In this document: positions 5,925-12,192 of the stretch, one piece after another | Layout of the letters: each line of letters begins with the position of its first letter | Position numbering within the stretch: the stretch's first letter is position 1 | Translations under genes and position numbers: made by a program | The notes under the pieces: generated by a model | The model's input: the letters and a program-made list of their open reading frames with translations, nothing else | Told to the model about the DNA's origin: nothing | The model's database searches: none | DNA from: a bacterium | GTDB lineage: Bacteria; Hinthialibacterota; Hinthialibacteria; Hinthialibacterales; Hinthialibacteraceae | Reading direction: 5' to 3' | Assembly (NCBI GenBank): GCA_041946805.1 | Contig: JBHGBC010000175.1 | Coordinates: 1-12,192 of the forward strand | Length of the DNA: 12,192 nucleotides

Positions 5925-8036
5925 TCAAAATTCGGATTCTTCCTGGGTGGGGATGATGGGGAAGAGGGTCACCATGATCCGGTACACCAGCATCAACGCG
6001 GAAATCAATCCCAGCGTCACCGCGATTTCGCCCCAACTGGGGAAATATGGGTTCACCTTGTAAACCGGGGTGTACGCCGTGATGAAGACGTTGATCCGGT
6101 TGAAGGCCACGCCGATGACCACCAGGGCGGAGGCGGTAAACAACAGCCCGGCGTTTCGACGGACCCGCTTCGTCAGAAACATGACCAGGGGAATGATCAC
6201 GCCGATCAGCATTTCCGCCATGAACAGGAGGGCTTGCACGCTGCCGTCGAAGAGGTACTTGCCCGCTTCCCGGATGGTGATGTCTCCCACCTTGGTGGCG
6301 AAATACGCGGCCAGGAAGATGGCGATGGATTTGCTCAAGGGACTGAGGATGCGCATCTCCGGTTTTTGACCGAAGATCCGCGAGGCGATCATCGATTCGA
6401 AGATGACCATCGGGAATCCCACGCAAAAGGCCGTGAGCAGGAAAAGCAAGGGCAGGATCGGCGTGTACCAGAGCGGGTGCATCTTGTACGGGGCGATCAG
6501 CATCAACGCGCCCAGCGACGATTGGTGCAGGAACGAAAGCACTACCCCCACGATCACGATCACCGGCAATACCCGGAACAGGTACCGTTCCGCGAGGCCG
6601 AGCAGGCCTTCCGCGAGACCGTTCCCGCGGGACAGGAGGCCGGGCAGATTCACCCGCCCCTTGAAGCGTTCGACCACGATGGGCACGAATTCGAGGTACA
6701 ACACCGTCAGGTAGGCCATGACGCACATGCCCACCTCGAAAAGCACCGAATGACCGGACCACATGGACGGCATCAGGGGGTGCCAGACGTTGTAGTAGCG
6801 GCCGAGATCCATCATCAGGCCGAGGACCACGAAGGAATACCCCAGCAGCGCGGTTAACAGCGCGGGCCGGACAATGGGCTCGTAGTGCTTGCGGTGAAAG
6901 ATGTGGGCGAGCGCGGCCGTGGTATAACCGCCGGCGGCCAAGGCCACGCCCGTGGCCACGTCCACCGCGATCCAGAGGCCCCAAGGGTATTGGTTGTTCA
7001 GGTTGGTCACCGAACCGATGCCGTACAGAAACCGGACCAAGGCCACGCCGAGTCCCAAGGCCACGAAACCCAGCAAGAACAGAACACCGGGAGTCAGCAG
7101 TTTCTTGCCAACCGGCCCGGGCTTGGAAGGATTATATCTCAAGGGGGCCGCGGGCAGGTGTTCATCCCGGTTCTGGTCTCCGTAAAGCCAGGAAATCATG
7201 GCCAGGATGGAGAACAGCGCCACGGGCGGGATGAAATAGTTGAAGATGCCATGCTGCAACCCTTCCGTGAGCCGGGGCGGCGCGGTTTCTCCCACGGCGG
7301 GCAGGCCGATTTCCTCGAAGGGCTTGTTGGCTACGTACATCCAGGAAGTCCCCCCGGCCTCGTGTTCACCGTATACATGGGGGACGTATTTATCTGGATA
7401 TTTGGCGAGTTTCTGCTTCGCTAGGGCCAGCAACTCCTCCCGCTTGCCGAAAGTCAGGCACTGGGGCGGGCAAATTTCCACGCAGGCGGGAACACCGCCT
7501 TCCTGGGAAATGCGCTCGTAACATAACGTGCATTTCTGGATCTTGGGCGTGAGGGGATCGCCGTATTCATAGGCCGGAATCTGAAATGGGCACGCCACCA
7601 TGCAATAGCGGCACCCCATGCACCGGTCCGCGTTGTAAACCACCGCTCCCGTCTCCGTTTTGGTGAAGGCGGTCACCAGGCAGGCCGAGTAGCAGGCCGG
7701 GCGGTTGCAATGGAAGCATTGAAACTTCACCCACAGCGGGCGTCCGCCCTTGTCCGGGCCAGGGTATTCGTTGACCACGGTGTAATGCCCGGCGTCCGGA
7801 CGCCGTTTCTCTTCAAAGACCGACTTGTCCTCGAAGGTCTCCAGGGGCTGCACGGGAAGATGGTTGGCCTGGTTGCAGGCCCATTCGCATTTCCGGCAGC
7901 CGATGCACTCGGTGACATCCGTCAAGACGCCATAATAATCGGTGGCTGCGGATTCGGATTCCTTCGCCGCGGAGGCGGCGGAAATCCCGGTGGTTCCAAT
8001 GGAAGCCACGGTGGCAAGAAAATTCCGGCGGTCCAT
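5925..8036 (-). CDS. Fused HybA/HmcB-like 4x[Fe-S] protein and HybB/HmcC-like NrfD-family membrane subunit (703 aa)
   Basis: Twin-arginine start MDRRNFL (GGAG RBS 6 nt upstream of ATG 8036). Four Cys groups: CIGCRKCEWAC, CFHCNRPACYSAC, CMGCRYCMVACP, KCTLC..PACVEICP. HybA-type YGEHEAGGTSW plus anchor helix, then in frame TNLNNQYPWGLWIAVDV..GVALAAGG, DLGR, SVLFEV and LHQSSLG..KMHPLW of HybB/HmcC. Confidence 0.9.
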   Translation of the reverse strand: MDRRNFLATVASIGTTGISAASAAKESESAATDYYGVLTDVTECIGCRKCEWACNQANHLPVQPLETFEDKSVFEEKRRPDAGHYTVVNEYPGPDKGGRPLWVKFQCFHCNRPACYSACLVTAFTKTETGAVVYNADRCMGCRYCMVACPFQIPAYEYGDPLTPKIQKCTLCYERISQEGGVPACVEICPPQCLTFGKREELLALAKQKLAKYPDKYVPHVYGEHEAGGTSWMYVANKPFEEIGLPAVGETAPPRLTEGLQHGIFNYFIPPVALFSILAMISWLYGDQNRDEHLPAAPLRYNPSKPGPVGKKLLTPGVLFLLGFVALGLGVALVRFLYGIGSVTNLNNQYPWGLWIAVDVATGVALAAGGYTTAALAHIFHRKHYEPIVRPALLTALLGYSFVVLGLMMDLGRYYNVWHPLMPSMWSGHSVLFEVGMCVMAYLTVLYLEFVPIVVERFKGRVNLPGLLSRGNGLAEGLLGLAERYLFRVLPVIVIVGVVLSFLHQSSLGALMLIAPYKMHPLWYTPILPLLFLLTAFCVGFPMVIFESMIASRIFGQKPEMRILSPLSKSIAIFLAAYFATKVGDITIREAGKYLFDGSVQALLFMAEMLIGVIIPLVMFLTKRVRRNAGLLFTASALVVIGVAFNRINVFITAYTPVYKVNPYFPSWGEIAVTLGLISALMLVYRIMVTLFPIIPTQEESEF

Positions 8037-8102
8037 GATGATCTCCACTCGTTGAATCGTGAGATGAGACTCTAAGTTGGGTGAATGGAAACTGCTTGCG
8101 TG

Positions 8103-10067
8103 TCACGACTCGGTGTCGCCGTTTCCCTTGTTCGCGTCGGCGGTTTCCCGCGGTTCGGTTTCCTCCTTCCGGGATTCGGACGCGGACGTCCGTTCGTATT
8201 CCAGCGGATGGCGGTTCCTCAGATGATGCAGGGACATGCGGCCATTCAGCCAGGTTACGCTCATGGGGTATTCCTCCGGGTGGAAAATCACGAAGAAGAA
8301 GTGCCACACGAGAATCGCCAGCGTGGCCAGGACGGCCTCGTAGTAATGGATCAGTTCGGCGATGTCGATCGCCCACTTGGGCAGGTATTGAAAGGCCAGG
8401 ATCGGGAACCAGAGGATCAGGCCGGTGACGGCCATGATGATCACGCCCCAGACCAGAGCCCAGAACTCCATCTTTTCCGCGTAGTCGTACCGGTCGAAGC
8501 GCGGCGGTTCGGAGCGTTTGCCCAGGTAATATCCCAGGTTTTCCCAGACGTGGCGGATGTCCCGCGGCCAAAACAGAAACGAGACCAATTCCATGCGCCC
8601 CCGGGAGAAGGCGAGCATGTAAAACGCGTACGCCACCGACGTGCCGATCATCAGCACGCCCGCCACCCGGTGGGTGATGGAGCGGATCCCCTCGCCGAAG
8701 CCCGCGTAGGACAGCATGGTCACCCACCAGGAATTGGGGCTGACCAGGGCGAAACCGGTAATCACCAGGATAATGAATGTGACGGTAAGCAGAATGTGGC
8801 AAATGATCTCGAACCGGGAAAACCGCTGGTAGGCCAGCTGGCTGGATTCCCGCTTGAACTTCTCGCGCAGAAGCGCCCACAAGATCACGCCGTTGTGAAC
8901 CAGCATGCCGCCGATAATCAACACGATCAAGGGGATGTAAATCCGCGGAACCCAGGCCGCTATCGCGTCGGATCGCAAGGTGACCTCGGAGTGGATGGGA
9001 GCGGCGAGCACGTTGGTGGTGATTCCCGGATGGCATTTGCCGCAGGTCTCCACCAGCCGCTGGGGACTGACCGTGGAGCGGGGATCGGAGGACGGCAGGA
9101 TCAGGTGATTGCCATGGCAACTGCTGCACAGGGCCACTTTCTTGGCGCCATGCTGCAAGGCCAGGCCGTGGTAACTTTCGAAATAATTCTTCACCCGGCC
9201 GGTGGGAATGTTGTACTTTTCATTGATGACAATGGACGAATGGCAGCGGCCGCAGGTGTTGCCCGCGACGTTGAAGTACGAAACCGGCGAACGCTCGTCC
9301 GTGACCCGGAAAATGGCGTGTTCGCCGTGGCAATCCGTGCAAATGGGCGCGTCCTTGTGGCCGTACGCCGCCGATTTCCCATGCACGCTTTCCTGGTACT
9401 GCTCTTTCTCGGTGGTGTGACACTGCCCGCAAGTCTCGGCCACGTTCATGAAATTGGTGCGCGATTTGGGATCACGCAGGGGTAAAATGGCATGAGATCC
9501 GTGGCAATGCACGCAGGACGGCGCCTTGCTGTTTCCCCGTAACAATTCCGTGGCGTGGACACTTTCCCGGTAGAGCATTTCCCGTCGCAGCACGTCCTGG
9601 CTGTATTCCGCCATGATGGCCGAATCGGAGTGGCATTTGCCGCACACGTTCGCCACGCGGAACAGGTTGGTGAGGGAATTGGGATCGCTGGCCGGCAGGA
9701 TCTTGTGGGCGTCGCCATGGCAATCCGCGCACACGGGTCCGTTGGCCACGTCGTGGACCGAGGACTTCAATTCCTCGGCGGTCGTGTGGCAGGCCGAACA
9801 ATCCACTTTCTTGAGCTCGGCGTCGTGCGGAAGCTCCGTGATGTCAGTATGGCAGCCGGTGCAGCCCGCGTCCTTGTGGACCGAAGCCTCGAACTGCTTC
9901 AAGTCCACGAACATGGACTTCTCCTTGCCGTCCCGTTCCCCTTGGATATCGGCTTCCGCGTGGCATTCCATGCAGGACTTGGGTTCGTCCAGATCCTGCG
10001 CCGCCGGGAAAGAAAAGGGAAAAGAAACCAACGCAATGAGAAAGAGTATGCGGAAAAACAACTTCAT
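8103..10067 (-). CDS. cbcL: CbcL-like inner-membrane cytochrome: 11 c-hemes plus an FdnI/HydC-type di-heme cytochrome b domain
   Basis: Signal peptide MKLFFRILFLIALVSFPFSFPAA (GGAG RBS 8 nt upstream of ATG 10067); 11 CxxCH. The C-terminal membrane domain has YQRFS, four b-heme His (ICHIL, THRVAG, IHYYEA, VWHFF), RYDYAEKMEFWALVWG and HPLEYE. The gene symbol reflects architecture, not demonstrated orthology. Confidence 0.85.
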   Translation of the reverse strand: MKLFFRILFLIALVSFPFSFPAAQDLDEPKSCMECHAEADIQGERDGKEKSMFVDLKQFEASVHKDAGCTGCHTDITELPHDAELKKVDCSACHTTAEELKSSVHDVANGPVCADCHGDAHKILPASDPNSLTNLFRVANVCGKCHSDSAIMAEYSQDVLRREMLYRESVHATELLRGNSKAPSCVHCHGSHAILPLRDPKSRTNFMNVAETCGQCHTTEKEQYQESVHGKSAAYGHKDAPICTDCHGEHAIFRVTDERSPVSYFNVAGNTCGRCHSSIVINEKYNIPTGRVKNYFESYHGLALQHGAKKVALCSSCHGNHLILPSSDPRSTVSPQRLVETCGKCHPGITTNVLAAPIHSEVTLRSDAIAAWVPRIYIPLIVLIIGGMLVHNGVILWALLREKFKRESSQLAYQRFSRFEIICHILLTVTFIILVITGFALVSPNSWWVTMLSYAGFGEGIRSITHRVAGVLMIGTSVAYAFYMLAFSRGRMELVSFLFWPRDIRHVWENLGYYLGKRSEPPRFDRYDYAEKMEFWALVWGVIIMAVTGLILWFPILAFQYLPKWAIDIAELIHYYEAVLATLAILVWHFFFVIFHPEEYPMSVTWLNGRMSLHHLRNRHPLEYERTSASESRKEETEPRETADANKGNGDTES

Positions 10068-10112
10068 GGGGTTGACTCCAGGCTGAAAAACTACGATGGT
10101 GATCATGCCACC

Positions 10113-10142
10113 ATTATATAGCTATATAGCTAAAAATGTAAA
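10113..10142 (-). promoter_or_regulatory. Sigma70 promoter of the cbcL-like operon with a palindromic putative operator in the spacer
   Basis: Minus strand TTTACA (10142-10137), 18-nt spacer, TATAAT (10118-10113). Perfect 14-bp palindrome TAGCTATATAGCTA at 10119-10132. Confidence 0.7.
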
Positions 10143-10285
10143 CGATTGCGAGGGGATTTCCACCACGAAATCATTTTCAAGTAATCCAATTAAATAACAT
10201 TTTTATTGCTTTACTTTATTTACGAGTTGGACTTGGATCGTCAGATCAGTTGAAATACCATGATTTATCTCCCGTCTTGGTATTT

Positions 10286-10301
10286 TGGAATGCAATTTGC
10301 A
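10286..10301 (+). promoter_or_regulatory. Putative sigma54 (-24/-12) promoter for the imcH-like gene
   Basis: TGGAATGCAATTTGCA has GG (10287-10288), exactly 10 nt, then GC (10299-10300), close to the TGGCACG-N4-TTGCW consensus. It lies 100 nt upstream of the ATG. Confidence 0.6.
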
Positions 10302-10400
10302 CATGGTTACACGGTGCGGAACGATCGCGCAGCCTCACGGATACCGGCTCGTCCTTAAGCAAATATCTAACCAAGTCCCGATCCAGCAGGAGTAAGCGGA

Positions 10401-11915
10401 ATGATGGAACAAACTTCTCCGGCCTCTCACAAGCCCTTGACTCATAACTGGATATCGATTTCCGGATTCATGCTGGCGATGGCGTTTATGGTGGGGGAAG
10501 CGCTGATCATCACCCTGGATTTCGTGTACGGCCAGAACAATCCCTACGTGGGGATTCTGATTTACGTGGTGGGACCGTCGATCCTGGTCACTGGATTGTT
10601 GATGGTTCCCCTAGGGATGTGGCTGCAATTCCGGCGGCGTAAGAAAGGGATGGTGGAGAAGGAATTTCCGGTTTTCGATTTGAACACGCCCCGCCACCGC
10701 TTGTATCTGACCACGTTCGTCATCGTTTCCACGGTGTTTATCTGCCTGTCGATGATCGGATCGTACCAGGCCTATCACGTGACCGAATCCACCGAGTTCT
10801 GCGGCCTCATGTGCCACCAGGTGATGAAACCGGAATACACGGCGTATCAATTCTCGCCCCACGCGCGGGTGGATTGCGTCCAATGCCACATCGGGCCGGG
10901 CGCGAGCTGGTATGTGAAAAGCAAACTCTCCGGCTTGCGGCAGGTGTGGGCGGTGGCGACGAATTCCTACAAACTTCCGATCCAAACCCCGATCGAAAAC
11001 CTGCGCCCCGCGCGCGACACCTGCGAACAGTGCCACTGGCCGGAGAAATTCTACGAGGCGGTGGAAAAATCGTTGACCTACTACGCCAACGACGAGGAGA
11101 ACACGCCGTACCGGATTACATTGCTCCTCCATGTGGGCGGCAGTTCCACGCTGCTGGGACACTACACGGGGATTCATTGGCATATCGCCCGGGATCACAA
11201 ACTCGAGTACTACCCGGCCGACCACGCCCGGCAGACGATTCCCTGGGTGCGCGTCACCCACGAGGACGGCCGGGTGGAGGAATATGTCAGTTCCGAGGCC
11301 GCGGATTTCGACAAAACGAAAATCGATCCCGCCGCCATCCGCGACCTGGACTGCATCGATTGCCATAACCGGCCCTCGCACCGCTATGAATCGCCCTTCG
11401 CGTCCATCAACCAGGCGATGGAACTGGGATTGATCGATCCCCACCTGCCGGGCATCAAGGGCACGGCCGTCGAGGCGCTGCAAGGCGAGTATCAGTCGAC
11501 CCCCGAGGCGCTGAAAGCCATTGAGGAGAAAATCCGGGAGAAATACCAGGACGCCGTGGCGGAAAAGGCCGATCTGCAAGTGAAAGTGGACCAGGCCGTG
11601 AAACAGACCCAGGCGATCTTCGAACGCAGCTTCTTCCCGGAAATGAGTGTCAACTGGACGAAATACCCCTCGAATATCGGGCACTTCGACTATCCGGGAT
11701 GCTACCGGTGCCATGACGGGAAACACGCCACCGCCCAGGGCAAGGTCATCAGCGCCGATTGCAACCTGTGCCATTCCATCATCCAGCAGGGTGAGGGGTG
11801 GGAGGAGATCAAAAAACTGGACTACAAACAACAAGACTTTGTGCATCCCCGGGGTATGGGCGACGCCTGGCAGGGGCAAAACTGCCACGAATGCCACGGC
11901 CCGGGCATGATGTGA
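10401..11915 (+). CDS. imcH: ImcH-like heptaheme NapC/NirT-family inner-membrane quinol dehydrogenase
   Basis: AGGAG RBS 10388-10392; three N-terminal TM helices with NPYVG; NapC core TESTEFCGLMCHQVMKPEY..SPHARVDCVQCHIGPGASWYVKSKLSG; LRPARDTCEQCHWPEKF; DCIDCHNRPSH; GH...PGCYRCHDGKH. Seven heme motifs (one CxxxCH, six CxxCH), matching the ImcH architecture. Confidence 0.88.
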   Translation: MMEQTSPASHKPLTHNWISISGFMLAMAFMVGEALIITLDFVYGQNNPYVGILIYVVGPSILVTGLLMVPLGMWLQFRRRKKGMVEKEFPVFDLNTPRHRLYLTTFVIVSTVFICLSMIGSYQAYHVTESTEFCGLMCHQVMKPEYTAYQFSPHARVDCVQCHIGPGASWYVKSKLSGLRQVWAVATNSYKLPIQTPIENLRPARDTCEQCHWPEKFYEAVEKSLTYYANDEENTPYRITLLLHVGGSSTLLGHYTGIHWHIARDHKLEYYPADHARQTIPWVRVTHEDGRVEEYVSSEAADFDKTKIDPAAIRDLDCIDCHNRPSHRYESPFASINQAMELGLIDPHLPGIKGTAVEALQGEYQSTPEALKAIEEKIREKYQDAVAEKADLQVKVDQAVKQTQAIFERSFFPEMSVNWTKYPSNIGHFDYPGCYRCHDGKHATAQGKVISADCNLCHSIIQQGEGWEEIKKLDYKQQDFVHPRGMGDAWQGQNCHECHGPGMM

Positions 11916-12061
11916 AACCGCGGGGATTATTTGAAGTGACTTGTGGAGTGGATTAGACCGGTGGAATAAACTAATCCATAGGTTCTGTTGAGTTTTCGTG
12001 ATGAATGATTGACCGGAAAGCGGCACAGTCTTTCCAGCGCCCACTTCACGCTAGAAGCTAA

Positions 12062-12080
12062 TCCAGGGCAACGCCCTGGA
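12062..12080. repeat. Perfect 8-bp-stem hairpin, REP-like or minus-strand terminator
   Basis: TCCAGGGC-AAC-GCCCTGGA followed by an A run. Confidence 0.45.
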
Positions 12081-12192
12081 AAAAAGTCGCAATAAGTGGC
12101 TCATCCGGTAAGTGCGTACTTTTTCCCAGTAGGTTGCTATGCCATCCCATCAAACCGTCTGGAGAGAACAACCCCCAAGTCTCTCTCTGGGT

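Noticed and set aside
5925..8036. Calling the locus a hydrogenase-2 (hyb) or full Hmc operon
   Set aside because: No NiFe large or small subunit, no maturation genes, and no HmcD/E/F equivalents in the operon.
8085..9485. 466-aa plus-strand ORF, and the 7813-9129 and 5686-6984 alternate-frame ORFs
   Set aside because: They overlap well-supported cytochrome and FeS genes and have the low-information or Arg/Pro/Gly-rich composition typical of shadow frames.
10068..10106. ORF-track start at 10106 (leaderless start at the predicted TSS)
   Set aside because: ATG 10067 has a GGAG SD and begins a clean signal peptide. A leaderless 10106 start cannot be excluded but is not needed.
10139..10148. TAAACGATTG identical to one arm of the SmtB-type operator, overlapping the cbcL -35
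   Set aside because: Only a partial half-site, lacking the TGA core and a partner arm; likely chance.
10611..12044. 477-aa minus-strand ORF
   Set aside because: Antisense shadow of the imcH-like gene.
1..12192. CRISPR arrays, tRNA/rRNA genes, transposases
   Set aside because: No regularly spaced repeats, RNA gene signatures or transposase motifs seen.

Overview
Bacterial window with GC-rich coding DNA. It opens with the 3' end of a pyruvate kinase-like gene, then an overlapping small-protein/nucleotidyltransferase pair (putative toxin-antitoxin cassette). Next come an SmtB/CadC-type repressor with a 12-2-12 operator and a P1B-2 (CadA/ZntA) ATPase, then a second, Cys-bearing ArsR. The remaining ~7 kb is a respiratory electron-transfer cluster. 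On the minus strand lie a CbcL-like 11-heme c/cytochrome b protein, a single-ORF fusion of a Tat-signal HybA/HmcB-like 4x[Fe-S] protein with a HybB/HmcC (NrfD-family) membrane subunit, and a 13-heme periplasmic cytochrome. A 7-heme ImcH-like NapC/NirT protein is transcribed divergently. The cluster carries 31 heme c motifs and three different quinone-interacting membrane modules, with no catalytic subunit in the window. The minus arm has a sigma70-like promoter with a palindrome in its spacer; the imcH arm has a sigma54-like promoter. All family calls are from motif recognition only; no searches were run.
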